Shown here one piece after another: positions 39,093 to 48,804 of a DNA stretch of 64,000 nt (positions are counted from its first letter, which is position 1; each line of letters begins with the position of its first letter). Both the position numbers and the translations under genes were made by a program. The stretch spans positions 21,903 to 85,902 of the forward strand of contig JAFWYR010000019.1 of assembly GCA_017522615.1 (NCBI GenBank). Direction: 5' to 3'. Under the pieces are notes generated by a model. The model was given only the letters and a program-made list of their open reading frames with translations. It was not told the DNA's origin and searched no databases. Origin of the DNA: Bacilli bacterium (GTDB lineage: Bacteria; Bacillota_I; Bacilli_A; RF39; UBA660).

Positions 39093-39935
39093 ATGGTAAA
39101 GAGTTATTTTAGTAGAATATTTGATTTGATTACGAGGCCTGAAATGAAAGTACTTCCTGGACAATTAGCATTTTTCCTTGTGCTTTCTATATTTCCACTT
39201 CTTACACTAATTGGATTTATAATATCTAAAATAACTCTTTTATCTGGCCCTTTTTTTAGTGCGGTATCTAGTTTTTTTCCTAAGAATATTGCTAATATTT
39301 TGCTACCTTTTGTGTCTCAAAGTAGTGGAACTGATAATATTGCTTTAATAGCTATATTAGGTTTTATTTTAGTTTCAAATGGTACATATTCAATTATAGT
39401 TACATCTAATCAAGTGTTTGGTATTAAAGACGGAGACTATTTACGTGGACGATTAAAAGCTTTATTTATGATATTTTTACTTTTATTTTTATTTGTATTT
39501 GTTTTTATAGTTTTAGCGTATGGTAATAATATTTTTAGATATATTATAAATCTCGATATTTTTTCAAATGTTCGTGATAGTTTGTCACTTATATTTTTCT
39601 TCTTTAGGTGGCCAGTAGCATTTTTAATATTATTTTGGTTTTTGAAGGTATTTTATACTGTCGCACCTGATGAAAAGATATCTGGTAAGTTTATGAATAA
39701 AGGTGCTTTATTTACTACTGTTGGATGGATTTTAGCAACTTTTGTATATTCTTATTACGTAACTTATATTGCGGATTATTCTTTATTATATGGAAGTTTA
39801 TCGGGTATTATTATAATGATGATGTGGATTTATTTTTTATCATATATATTTGTTATGGGAATTGCGATAAATGCGGATGAATATTTAGTTTATAAAAGTA
39901 AGCATAAAAAGAAGAAAAATACTAATAATAGTTAA
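39093..39935 (+). CDS. YihY/BrkB-family membrane protein
   Basis: 'RPEMKVLPGQLAFFLVLSIFPLL' N-terminal signature; 6 TM helices; 280 aa. Confidence 0.75.
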   Translation: MVKSYFSRIFDLITRPEMKVLPGQLAFFLVLSIFPLLTLIGFIISKITLLSGPFFSAVSSFFPKNIANILLPFVSQSSGTDNIALIAILGFILVSNGTYSIIVTSNQVFGIKDGDYLRGRLKALFMIFLLLFLFVFVFIVLAYGNNIFRYIINLDIFSNVRDSLSLIFFFFRWPVAFLILFWFLKVFYTVAPDEKISGKFMNKGALFTTVGWILATFVYSYYVTYIADYSLLYGSLSGIIIMMMWIYFLSYIFVMGIAINADEYLVYKSKHKKKKNTNNS

Positions 39936-40040
39936 TGGGTACATATTATGATTACCTGGTATGTACTTACCCCCAGACTACTAGTACTTCATGTTTTCTT
40001 CTTATAGAATTCTAAAAAGTATTAAAAGGTAATGATTAGA

Positions 40041-40067
40041 CGAGGATACGTTCTTCGCCTTTTTTTT
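40041..40067 (+). terminator. Intrinsic terminator after the YihY-family gene
   Basis: 'CGAGGA tacgt TCTTCG' followed by CC and T8. Confidence 0.55.
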
Positions 40068-40153
40068 ATTCATTTATATGAAATGCCTTTTTTTGTTTTT
40101 AACTTTGTTTCTTTTATAAAAAGTGGTATAATGATTAGTGATTGAGGTGTTAT

Positions 40154-42199
40154 ATGAATAATTTTAGTAAGAAGGCGAAGAAATTATTTAAAAATGTTAA
40201 GGAGAAGGTTATTTATTTTTTTAAGAACAATGTTTTGTTTTTTGCGTTTGTTATATCTTCTTTATTTAACGGAACTTTACTTAGATTTTTAACAGTAAAA
40301 AATTATACTAATTTTAGTCCTATACTTGCTGATTTATCTTTTATTTTGTTAGTAGGTTCTTTAGGATATTTATTTAAACCTAAAAATAGATTTAGGTATT
40401 ATATTATTTGGTCAATTATTTTTACTTTAGTTTGTTTAATAAATTCAGTTTATTATACTAATTATGTTTCTTTTACATCTTTTTCACTCCTTGCAACTAG
40501 TCTTCAGATTTTTGGAGTAAGTGATGCACTTCAAACGATTATGGAGCTTAAAGATTTTAGTTATATTTGGGCACCTTTGATGCTTATATTTTTACATATT
40601 AAGCTAAAGAAAAATGGATATTATGATAATTTTAAAATTAATAAAAATTATAAGGTTGGAGTTTTTAAAGTAATGCTTGCAGGATTAATAAGTTTAATTA
40701 TGTTTGCTTTTACTTTAACTGGTACAGATATTAGTAGACTTTATAAGCAGTGGAATAGAGAATATGTTGTTATGAAATTTGGTATTTATGTTTATCAAGG
40801 TAATGATTTGATTGCTAGTTTAAAACCACAGATTAGTCCATTATTTGGATATGATAAGGCAGCTCGTGAATTTAGAGAGTATTATAAAGAAAATGAATCT
40901 GAACATAAAGAAAATGAGTATTCTAATATACTTAAAGATAAAAATGTAATTGTTATTCATGCTGAAAGTATTCAAAATTATTTATTGGATACTAAGATAA
41001 ACGATAAAGCAATTACACCTAATTTAAAGAGACTTGCAGATGAGGGAATGTATTTTTCTAATTTCTATGCACAGGAAAGTGTTGGAACTAGTAGTGATAC
41101 TGAATTTACATTTAGTACTTCTTTACTTCCTGCTAGTAGTGGTACTGTGTTTGTTAGTTATTATGATAGATATTATCCTTCTATTCAAAAGATTTTAAAT
41201 AATAATGATTACTTTGTATTTAGTATGCATGCGAATAAAGGAAATTATTGGAATAGGGAAGCTATGCATAAATCACTTGGATATGATACATTCTATTATT
41301 ATGATAAAGATTATAAGTTAGACGATATGGTTGGACTTGGTTTATCTGATAAATCATTCTTTAGACAGTCAGCTAAAAAGATTGGTAAGATATCTTCTAA
41401 AAATGATAATTTTTATGGACTTATGATTATGCTTACTAATCATACTCCATTTGATGGTATTACAGAAACTGATTTAGATTTAACTTATAGATACAATAAG
41501 AAAGATGAGACAACAGGAGAAGAGACAGAAGTTGTTAATGATTATTTGAAAGATACTACTTTAGGTAAATATTTTACAACCGCACATTATGCGGATGAAG
41601 CTATAGGAGAATTTGTCGAAGAACTCGATGCTGAGGGAGTTTTAGATGATACGGTTATAGTTATATATGGAGATCATGATGCGAAGATAAAAAGAGGAGA
41701 ATATGATTTTTATTATAATTATAATCCAGAGACTGATTCTAAAAGAGATAAAGAAGATCCTCTTTATAAAGAATATACAAAATATGATTATGAATTAAAT
41801 AGAAAAGTTCCATTTATTATTTGGACTAAGGATGAAGAATTAAAGTCTAAAATTAATAAGGAAATTAAAACAGTAACTGGTATGTATGATGTTTTACCAA
41901 CATTATCTAATATGCTTGGGGTAGAGAATAGTAAATATGCTTTAGGACATGATGTATTTAGTACTGATGATCATTATGTAATATTTCCTAACAGTAACTG
42001 GGTTACTGATAAAATGTATTATGATAGTCAAAACGGTGAGGCATTTACTTTAGATGCAAATGATGTTATAGATGCTGATTATATTAAAAAATATACTGAG
42101 ATGGCAGAAAAAGAAATTGCCGTGTCTAATGATATTATAGTTCATGATTTGATAAAGAAAACGGAGGAGTCTAGTAAGGTAATAAAAGGAGGCAAATAA
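40154..42199 (+). CDS. LtaS-family lipoteichoic acid synthase / sulfatase-fold phosphoglycerol transferase
   Basis: 5 N-terminal TM helices followed by an extracellular sulfatase domain ('VIVIHAESIQ', 'NFYAQESVGTSSDTEFT' nucleophile-Thr region, 'GDHD'). ATG 40154 with 'GAGGTG' SD. Confidence 0.8.
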   Translation: MNNFSKKAKKLFKNVKEKVIYFFKNNVLFFAFVISSLFNGTLLRFLTVKNYTNFSPILADLSFILLVGSLGYLFKPKNRFRYYIIWSIIFTLVCLINSVYYTNYVSFTSFSLLATSLQIFGVSDALQTIMELKDFSYIWAPLMLIFLHIKLKKNGYYDNFKINKNYKVGVFKVMLAGLISLIMFAFTLTGTDISRLYKQWNREYVVMKFGIYVYQGNDLIASLKPQISPLFGYDKAAREFREYYKENESEHKENEYSNILKDKNVIVIHAESIQNYLLDTKINDKAITPNLKRLADEGMYFSNFYAQESVGTSSDTEFTFSTSLLPASSGTVFVSYYDRYYPSIQKILNNNDYFVFSMHANKGNYWNREAMHKSLGYDTFYYYDKDYKLDDMVGLGLSDKSFFRQSAKKIGKISSKNDNFYGLMIMLTNHTPFDGITETDLDLTYRYNKKDETTGEETEVVNDYLKDTTLGKYFTTAHYADEAIGEFVEELDAEGVLDDTVIVIYGDHDAKIKRGEYDFYYNYNPETDSKRDKEDPLYKEYTKYDYELNRKVPFIIWTKDEELKSKINKEIKTVTGMYDVLPTLSNMLGVENSKYALGHDVFSTDDHYVIFPNSNWVTDKMYYDSQNGEAFTLDANDVIDADYIKKYTEMAEKEIAVSNDIIVHDLIKKTEESSKVIKGGK

Positions 42200-42834
42200 T
42201 GGCTAGGAGAAGAAGAAAAGTTAAGTTTAGCAGAGTGTTTATTTTACTCCTTTTGATTGCTTTAATATTTGTTTTTGGCTATATGGCTATTAAGAAATTT
42301 AGTAGTAAGAAAGTTAGTAAGGTTAAAGAGATATCTTCTATTAAAGGATATGGTTATACTTTGAGAGCAGATGCGACAGATTATTACAAAAGTTTATTTA
42401 AAAAATTAGATAAAGTATTAAAAGAAAAAGATGTAGATATGGATGAGTATGCTTCTTTGGTTAGCCAAATGTTCGTAGCTGATTTCTTTAATTTAGATAA
42501 TAAAATAAGTAAGAATGATGTTGGCGGCAAGCAGTTTGTTTATACTGATTATCAAGGTGATTTTGAAAAATATGCGAAAGATTCTATTTATAAATCTGTT
42601 CAAAATAATGTATATGGAAATAGAAAACAAGAGTTACCAATAGTTAGTAAAGTTACAGTTTCTAAAAAAGATAGTGAATCATTTAAATATGGGGATAATA
42701 CTGATAGTGAAGCTTATGTATTTGAATTTGAGGTCCAATATAAAAAGAACTTAGATTATCAAGAAAGCGGTAAATTGGTTTTGATTCACAATGATAAAAA
42801 AATAGAAGTTGCTTCGATGAGTGATAATAATTAG
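42199..42834 (+). CDS. Membrane-anchored protein, unknown function
   Basis: N-terminal 'RRRRKVK' followed by TM 'VFILLLLIALIFVFGYMAI'. Translationally coupled to ltaS (TAATG). Confidence 0.4.
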   Translation: MARRRRKVKFSRVFILLLLIALIFVFGYMAIKKFSSKKVSKVKEISSIKGYGYTLRADATDYYKSLFKKLDKVLKEKDVDMDEYASLVSQMFVADFFNLDNKISKNDVGGKQFVYTDYQGDFEKYAKDSIYKSVQNNVYGNRKQELPIVSKVTVSKKDSESFKYGDNTDSEAYVFEFEVQYKKNLDYQESGKLVLIHNDKKIEVASMSDNN

Positions 42835-42921
42835 TAGATGAAAGTCTACTTTTTTCTTTATTTTGATTCTTTACAATTTATTATAGTAATGATAAAATAT
42901 ATTTAGAGAATAGGTGAGGGT

Positions 42922-43398
42922 ATGAAAAAGTCAGTTGTTTTAATTTGGGTTTTGGTTTCAATTTTATTTATAATGAGTAGTAGTTTTACCATATATGGTT
43001 TGTATTTAAATTTTAGAGAACCAGCAAAACCAGAACTATTAGTTCAGAGTGTTTCTGTTTCTGATACAGAAAATGGTGGTGGTAGTATTGGGAATCCAAT
43101 ATATTCTAATTCTTCTATTACATTTTCATCTTCATTACTAAATCCTGGTAGTAGTGTCACTTATAAGGTAACTTTTAGTAATGATAGTAATAAAGATATT
43201 ATTTTAACTGATTTTGAAAAGTCTACTCCGGAAAGTTCTGATATTAATTTTGAATTAGTAGGAGTGACTAAAGGAAATATTATCTCTAAAAATAGTACTT
43301 TTGATATGTTAGTTAAAATATCTTATGATAGTGAATCAAAAGGAAATACTAAGATTAATACTAATTTAACTGTTAAAGTAGATTACGAGGAAAAGTAA
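42922..43398 (+). CDS. Divergent TasA-like small secreted protein (paralog 5)
   Basis: Signal/TM 'VVLIWVLVSILFIMSSS'. Core 'LNPGSSVTYKVTFSNDSNKDIIL' parallels the '(Q/A/S)PGDxVxYxVT(V/I)xN(S/A)GTL(N/D)AK' motif of the three TasA-like paralogs. Confidence 0.5.
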   Translation: MKKSVVLIWVLVSILFIMSSSFTIYGLYLNFREPAKPELLVQSVSVSDTENGGGSIGNPIYSNSSITFSSSLLNPGSSVTYKVTFSNDSNKDIILTDFEKSTPESSDINFELVGVTKGNIISKNSTFDMLVKISYDSESKGNTKINTNLTVKVDYEEK

Positions 43399-43441
43399 TC
43401 TATTTTTTTTGCTTGAATATATTTAATATAGGTGATGATCT

Positions 43442-43780
43442 ATGAATGCGAAAGAAAATTTTAAATTGTTTGTGAAGAAAAATCCAAATTTGTTAAAATA
43501 TGTTCAAAATGGTGATATGAGCTGGCAAAAGTTTTACGAAATGTATGATATGTATGGAGAAGATGATAAGATTTGGAATAGTTATTTAAATAATAATTTA
43601 AATGATTCTATAACTAATGGTTTATTTGATATGATTAAGAATTTAGATTTTGACAGTATTCAAACTGGAGTTAGTAGTATGCAGAGGGTAGTAAGTTTAC
43701 TTCAAGATATGACAGCCCAAGATAATAAGGATATAAAAGAATATAAGCCTAGACCACTTTATAAACATTTTGAAGATTGA
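43442..43780 (+). CDS. YlbD-like small protein
   Basis: 112 aa; sits immediately upstream of a YlbE-like ORF and rsmD (ylbH), mirroring the Bacillus ylbD-ylbE-...-ylbH neighbourhood. Sequence similarity judged by eye only. Confidence 0.35.
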   Translation: MNAKENFKLFVKKNPNLLKYVQNGDMSWQKFYEMYDMYGEDDKIWNSYLNNNLNDSITNGLFDMIKNLDFDSIQTGVSSMQRVVSLLQDMTAQDNKDIKEYKPRPLYKHFED

Positions 43781-43998
43781 TATTACCAATTCAATTTAAG
43801 ATAAAAGAAAATCCTTATTATTTGAGATATTTGAGGGCTAATTCTCATTGGTATAAATTATTAAATAGAAATCCAAATTTGTTTAAAGAATTCGAAGAAG
43901 AGGTTAAAAAAGAATATCGATTGAATAGAAGCGATAAATTAGAAAATATGATAAATACTTTAGAGATGATGGAGAAAATTCTTTCAACATTTAAGTAA
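43777..43998 (+). CDS. YlbE-like small protein
   Basis: 73 aa, 'YYLRYLRANSHWYKLLNRNP' resembles YlbE ('...LRFHP.WYKILSR.P'). ATGA overlap with the upstream gene. Confidence 0.4.
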   Translation: MILPIQFKIKENPYYLRYLRANSHWYKLLNRNPNLFKEFEEEVKKEYRLNRSDKLENMINTLEMMEKILSTFK

Positions 43999-44027
43999 TA
44001 ATGGTATTATATTATTAGGTGATTTTT

Positions 44028-44549
44028 ATGCGTATTATAAGTGGTAAATATAGAGGTAAAAAATTAAAAGGATTTGATATAGAAGGTACAAGACCTACTA
44101 TGGATAGGGTTAAAGAGTCACTATTTGGTATGATACAAGGTTATATTCCTTCTTCGGTTGTTTTAGATTTGTTTGCTGGAAGTGGTTCACTTGGATTAGA
44201 GGCAATTAGTAATGGAGCGAGTAAGGCTATATTATGTGATAATAATAAAAAAGTAATAGATATACTTAAAGATAATATTAAATCGTTTGATGATGATATT
44301 GAATTATTATGTGTAGATTATAAAAAATTTTTAAAAGAAACTGAATATAAATTTGATGTTATATTTTTGGATCCTCCTTATAGAGCTGGAGTTATGAATA
44401 AAGCTTTGAGAATTATCGAGGAGAGAGAATTATTAAATGATGGCGGAATTGTCGTTTGTGAATATGAAAATATAAGAATTGAAACTAATTTGGAAAAGAT
44501 TAAAGAAAAAAATTATGGACCAAAAACAATAAGTGTTTTTAGAAAATAA
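44028..44549 (+). CDS. rsmD: 16S rRNA (guanine966-N2)-methyltransferase
   Basis: 'MRIISGKYRGKKL', 'DLFAGSGSLGLEA', and 'DPPY' catalytic motif. Confidence 0.85.
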   Translation: MRIISGKYRGKKLKGFDIEGTRPTMDRVKESLFGMIQGYIPSSVVLDLFAGSGSLGLEAISNGASKAILCDNNKKVIDILKDNIKSFDDDIELLCVDYKKFLKETEYKFDVIFLDPPYRAGVMNKALRIIEERELLNDGGIVVCEYENIRIETNLEKIKEKNYGPKTISVFRK

Positions 44550-44617
44550 TTTTTTTTATTATTTAAAAGTAAATGTGAATATTTTATAGAATAATTATTT
44601 ATGAGGGGGTGATAACG

Positions 44618-46612
44618 ATGAAGAAGTATCCTTTTGTAAAGCAAACTGGATTAAAAGATTGTGGTCCAGCATGTAGTTTGATGATTATAAAATACTATGG
44701 CGGTTATGTAAGTTTAGATAAACTATGTGAAATTATGAAAACAAATAAGAGTGGAACTACTGCTTACCATATAATTAAGGCATTTAGATTATTTGGATTT
44801 GAATGTGATGGCTTTAAATATGACGATATTTCTTTAGTTAGTTTTCCAAGTATTATGCATATAAAAACTAACTCCTACACCCATTATGTTGTAATATGGA
44901 AAATAGACTATAAAAGAAATTATGTTATTGTTGGAGATCCATTTAAAGGAAATATTAACATGAAAATATCAGATTTTATTTCTATATGGACAGGTTATAC
45001 TATTTCTATGAATCCTATTAAAAAGATAGTTAAAGAAGAAAAACCTAAAGTATTTAGTTTTTTATATAATTTAATTAAACCAAATGTTAAATATTTAATT
45101 ATTACAAGTATTCTTTCTTTATTTACTGTGTTTTTTTCTATAATTCTTTCTTTCTTTGTTCAAATAATCATTTCTAATATGAATAGTAATTATTTGTTTT
45201 TGATTTTGGTTTTCTTTATCTTTTTAATGATTTTAAATGCGGTTTTTAATTATTTTCGAAATTTATTTATGGTAAGATTTGGTAATAAGCTCGATAAATT
45301 GTTATCATATAATACTTTTTCATCTATTATTAGACTCCCTTATGAAGCGTGCCTAAGTAAAACGACTGGAGAGACAATGAGCTTTTATAATGATTTATTT
45401 TTGATCAAAAGTTTTGCATTAAAAATAGCGGTTACATTTTTAATTGATATTCCAATTATTTTATTTGTTTCTTTGTATTTCTTTAAGAATTCATTTTATC
45501 TTTTTTTAATTAATATTGGTTTTTTAATATTATATTTATGTTATTTTTTATATAATAAGAAGAAAGTACTATTTTTGTCTAGCGAAGTACTTAATTCAAA
45601 ATCTATAGTAAATTCTTTTATTACGGAATGTGTTTCCGGGTTTGAAAGTATTAGAAATTTAAATATTCAATCTAAAATGAATGAAAGATTTAAAAGGAAT
45701 TATGACAATTATTATGATATAAATGATCGTTATGAATATTTTAGAATAAAAAAATTATTTTTTAAAGATTTATTTTCTAATTTATATTTTATTTTGATAG
45801 TAGCTATTTGTTTGAATAATTCTTTTAAATTATTTTTTACAATTTATTATCTTTCATCTTTATTTATTTCCTCTTTAGAAAATCTTTTTAATTATGATTT
45901 TGAATTTAGTGAGGTTATATCTTCTATTAGTCATATAGAGTATTTGTCTTTAAAAAAATTAAACAAGGAGGAGAATAATTTTTTTGGAGATATTAGTATT
46001 AGTAATTTAATGTATAGTTATGATGGTATAAAAAATGTTTTAAACAATATTAATTTAAAGATAAAAAAAGGAGAAAAGATATTAGTTAGTGGTGAAAGCG
46101 GTAGTGGTAAAAGTACACTATTTAGAATTATTAAAGGATTTTATGATGACTATAATGGTAAGGTTACGATAGGAAAATACGATTTAAAAAAATATGATTT
46201 TAATAATATTTTATATGTTTCTTCTGAAGAGACATTATTTACTGGAAGGATAATCGATAATTTAAATATTAGAAATTTAGATTTTGATAGAGATATGTGT
46301 GAAATAGATGATTTTGCTATTGATAATAATGTTATTTTAGAAAATGGATTTAATTTATCTAGTGGTCAAAGACAGCGGATAGGACTTACTAGAGTAGGTA
46401 AATTTGATATTTTGATAATTGATGAAGGATTGTCTTGCGTAGATATTAGTATGGAAAGACGTATTTTAAAGAGACTTTTTAAAAAGAATTTAGATAAAAC
46501 TATTATTTTTATTTCTCATAGGCTCGATAATTTAGATCTTTTTGAAAGATTTATTAAACTCTCTTCTGGTAAAATAATAGTCGATGAGGTACGCAATTAT
46601 GAAAGGATGTGA
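44618..46612 (+). CDS. Peptidase-C39-containing ABC transporter (PCAT; double-glycine leader peptide exporter)
   Basis: N-terminal C39 domain with catalytic Cys in 'KDCGPACSLMI' and His in 'HYVVI'. 6-TM domain. NBD has Walker A 'GESGSGKST', signature 'LSSGQRQRIGL', Walker B 'ILIIDE', and H-loop 'ISHRL'. Confidence 0.85.
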   Translation: MKKYPFVKQTGLKDCGPACSLMIIKYYGGYVSLDKLCEIMKTNKSGTTAYHIIKAFRLFGFECDGFKYDDISLVSFPSIMHIKTNSYTHYVVIWKIDYKRNYVIVGDPFKGNINMKISDFISIWTGYTISMNPIKKIVKEEKPKVFSFLYNLIKPNVKYLIITSILSLFTVFFSIILSFFVQIIISNMNSNYLFLILVFFIFLMILNAVFNYFRNLFMVRFGNKLDKLLSYNTFSSIIRLPYEACLSKTTGETMSFYNDLFLIKSFALKIAVTFLIDIPIILFVSLYFFKNSFYLFLINIGFLILYLCYFLYNKKKVLFLSSEVLNSKSIVNSFITECVSGFESIRNLNIQSKMNERFKRNYDNYYDINDRYEYFRIKKLFFKDLFSNLYFILIVAICLNNSFKLFFTIYYLSSLFISSLENLFNYDFEFSEVISSISHIEYLSLKKLNKEENNFFGDISISNLMYSYDGIKNVLNNINLKIKKGEKILVSGESGSGKSTLFRIIKGFYDDYNGKVTIGKYDLKKYDFNNILYVSSEETLFTGRIIDNLNIRNLDFDRDMCEIDDFAIDNNVILENGFNLSSGQRQRIGLTRVGKFDILIIDEGLSCVDISMERRILKRLFKKNLDKTIIFISHRLDNLDLFERFIKLSSGKIIVDEVRNYERM

Positions 46613-46752
46613 TTTTTATTATTTTAAGTAAAGAAGAGCTAATTAAAGTAAATGGTGGTGGACCAAATTTTACTCTGATTGGTGGTATAGGAGCTGCGAT
46701 TGCATTTTTAATTAGTTTAGTTGATGGTTTTTTAAACCCTGGTAAGTGCTGA
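46609..46752 (+). CDS. Double-glycine-leader peptide A (bacteriocin/pheromone-like), not in the ORF track
   Basis: Reading frame '(M)IFIILSKEELIKVNGG|GPNFTLIGGIGAAIAFLISLVDGFLNPGKC*'. Leader fits LSxxELxxIxGG. The start codon is uncertain: GTG at 46609 overlaps the ABC stop, and in-frame ATT at 46612/46618 is the alternative. The previous in-frame stop is at 46600. Confidence 0.6.
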   Translation: MIFIILSKEELIKVNGGGPNFTLIGGIGAAIAFLISLVDGFLNPGKC

Positions 46753-46913
46753 TGAAGTTATCTAATGAAGAGTTAATTAATATTAGTGGTGGAGCGGTTA
46801 CATCGACATTTATAAATGCAGCAGTTAAAGGAATAACTTTATTGATAGAACTAGGTAAGAGCTTAGGTTCGACTATTAGAAGAATATCTGAAAAGAAAAG
46901 TTGTTCTATATAA
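46752..46913 (+). CDS. Double-glycine-leader peptide B (bacteriocin/pheromone-like), not in the ORF track
   Basis: ATG overlaps the stop of peptide A (TGATG). 'MKLSNEELINISGG|AVTSTFINAAVKGITLLIELGKSLGSTIRRISEKKSCSI*'. Leader fits LSxxELxxIxGG; the mature part has a GxxxG motif. Followed by a strong terminator. Confidence 0.7.
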   Translation: MKLSNEELINISGGAVTSTFINAAVKGITLLIELGKSLGSTIRRISEKKSCSI

Positions 46914-46918
46914 TTATT

Positions 46919-46947
46919 AAAAGTGAGATTTTCTCACTTTTTTTTTA
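46919..46947 (+). terminator. Intrinsic terminator after the peptide genes
   Basis: 'AAGTGAGA ttt TCTCACTT' followed by T8. Confidence 0.7.
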
Positions 46948-47021
46948 GTTTTTTTAATTTTTTCTTTAAAAACAAAAGGAAACGTGTTATAATATGGATA
47001 GCCGAGAAGGGAGGGATTTTT

Positions 47022-47303
47022 ATGACAAAAGTAATGGTTAGAAACGGAAATGTCGATGGTGCACTTAGAACTTTAAAAGTCGATAAAGATGGCTCCCGCA
47101 GAAAAATTAGAGAAAATATGGAAGGCTATTTAAAACCTGGAGTTAGAAGAAGAAGAAAAAAAGAAGAAGGCATCAGAAATACTAAGAGAAGAAATAGAAG
47201 AGAAAATAGAAGTTATAGTAGTTTTAGTAGTAATCATTATACTAGACCTGTTAGTAGAGTTAACAGAGAAAAAAAAGAAGAAACTTCTGAAAATAATGAA
47301 TAA
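47022..47303 (+). CDS. rpsU: 30S ribosomal protein S21 with Arg/Lys-rich C-terminal extension
   Basis: 'MTKVMVRNGNVDGALRTLK...KPGVRRRRKK' is S21. ATG 47022 with 'GAAGGGAGGGA' SD and extended -10 'TGTTATAAT' at 46986-46994. The ORF-track start 46923 runs through the terminator and promoter. Confidence 0.8.
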   Translation: MTKVMVRNGNVDGALRTLKVDKDGSRRKIRENMEGYLKPGVRRRRKKEEGIRNTKRRNRRENRSYSSFSSNHYTRPVSRVNREKKEETSENNE

Positions 47304-47343
47304 GACCAATTATGGTCTTTTTGAATAAAGAAAGGGTGTTTAT

Positions 47344-47781
47344 ATGAGAAATCAAATTTTAGAAGATTTAAAAACTGCGATGAAAGAAAGAAATAAAGTT
47401 AAATTATCTGTTGTTAGAATGGTAAAATCAGCTATTCAAATGGAAGAGTTAAATAAAAAAAGAGAACTATCTGATGATGAAGTTATAGATGTTATATCTA
47501 AACAAATTAAAACTAGAAAGGATTCTATTAAAGAGTTCGAAAAGGGTGGAAGAGATGATTTAGTAGCATCTACTCAAGAGGAGATTGATATTTTATCTAC
47601 ATATTTACCTGAACAATTAACAAAAGAAGAGTTAAATGAATTAATCGATAAAGTATTTGAAGAAGTTAAGCCTGAAAGCTCTCGCGATATGGGAAAAGTG
47701 ATGAAAGCACTTACACCACTTGTCAAAGGTAAGGCTGATATGGGTGAAGTAAGTTTAATGATTAAAGAACGTTTAAAGTAG
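47344..47781 (+). CDS. yqeY: GatB/YqeY-domain protein
   Basis: 'LKTAMKERNKVKLSVVRMVKSAIQ' YqeY signature; conserved rpsU-yqeY pairing. Confidence 0.75.
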   Translation: MRNQILEDLKTAMKERNKVKLSVVRMVKSAIQMEELNKKRELSDDEVIDVISKQIKTRKDSIKEFEKGGRDDLVASTQEEIDILSTYLPEQLTKEELNELIDKVFEEVKPESSRDMGKVMKALTPLVKGKADMGEVSLMIKERLK

Positions 47782-47844
47782 GTTATTGCCTACTTTTATT
47801 ATTTTGTTTTTTTTGTTATAATTATTTTATTAGGAGGGTTAAAA

Positions 47845-48804
47845 ATGGCTAAAAAAAAGGAAAAAGATATTAAGAAAAGCGAAGAGGTAATCGATAAAGC
47901 TATAGAAGAAAAGGTAGAAGTAATATCTGAGAATGTTAGTAAACCTATGATAGATGTTCAGTCTATTAAAAATGATTTAACTGACTACATGAGAATGAGA
48001 ATTGATAAGGAAGTTTCTGAAGCAGTTGAGAGAGCTAATAAAAAAATTATTCATCATAAAAATTCTATTATTATTAAAAGGGATATTTTAATTGTTGTTT
48101 TATTGGTTATATGTTTCTTTTTAGGATATAATTTATATAATGTATCTAATATAAATATCGATATTACTAGAGCTAAAAAGAATGAAAGTACGAAGATTAA
48201 AAAAACTTCTGTAAAAGAAGAATCTAAAGATTCTGAAGAAGTAAAAGAAAAAAGCTTAGAAGAGAAGAAAAGTGAATACGGTTCATTAATAGATGATATT
48301 ATTATTGATGAAGAAAGTGATTATATTGATAATTTTTACGATGGAGATTTAACAGATGAAATAAAACTTTATCTTGCCCTTAATCGTTTGGATGATGTAA
48401 CGAATGAAGATGATACTATATATATAGACGATGATAAATTAAAGGAAAGTTATGAAGAATTATTCGATAGTGAATTTAGTCCTAAAAGTTTTAAGTATGG
48501 AAGTTTTAGTTTCCGTCATTTGACTGCAAAATCAATGTTTATAGCGGATGGTGAATTTAAAAAAGTTAAATCTAATATAAAGAAAGAAATAACTGAAATT
48601 AATGAAGAAGATGATAAAGTTATAATAAATACAGTTGAGGGAATTGTTAAAGATAATAAACTTTATGATATAAAAGGCAGAGAAATTAAAAAATATAACG
48701 GTGGTAAAATGGATGAGTTTGAAAGCTCTTTAAATAAAATTAAATATGAATTTATAAAGATAGATGATAAATATAAGCTTTCAAAGATAGAAAAAGGTAA
48801 TTAA
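47845..48804 (+). CDS. Bitopic acidic membrane protein, unknown function
   Basis: 319 aa with a single TM 'ILIVVLLVICFFLGYNLY' near residue 85; Glu/Asp/Lys-rich. Confidence 0.4.
   Translation: MAKKKEKDIKKSEEVIDKAIEEKVEVISENVSKPMIDVQSIKNDLTDYMRMRIDKEVSEAVERANKKIIHHKNSIIIKRDILIVVLLVICFFLGYNLYNVSNINIDITRAKKNESTKIKKTSVKEESKDSEEVKEKSLEEKKSEYGSLIDDIIIDEESDYIDNFYDGDLTDEIKLYLALNRLDDVTNEDDTIYIDDDKLKESYEELFDSEFSPKSFKYGSFSFRHLTAKSMFIADGEFKKVKSNIKKEITEINEEDDKVIINTVEGIVKDNKLYDIKGREIKKYNGGKMDEFESSLNKIKYEFIKIDDKYKLSKIEKGN

Noticed and set aside
39940-40000. Inverted repeat 'GGTACATA..TATGTACT' after the YihY-family gene as a possible small RNA or mobile-element end
   Set aside because: It is short and imperfect, and has no partner repeat or target-site duplication nearby. 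It most likely just belongs to the 3' UTR upstream of the real terminator at 40041-40067.
46923-47021. ORF-track 5' extension of rpsU (MRFSHFFFSFF...)
   Set aside because: The extension runs through the intrinsic terminator (46919-46947) and the extended -10 promoter. The real start is ATG 47022, which has a strong SD.
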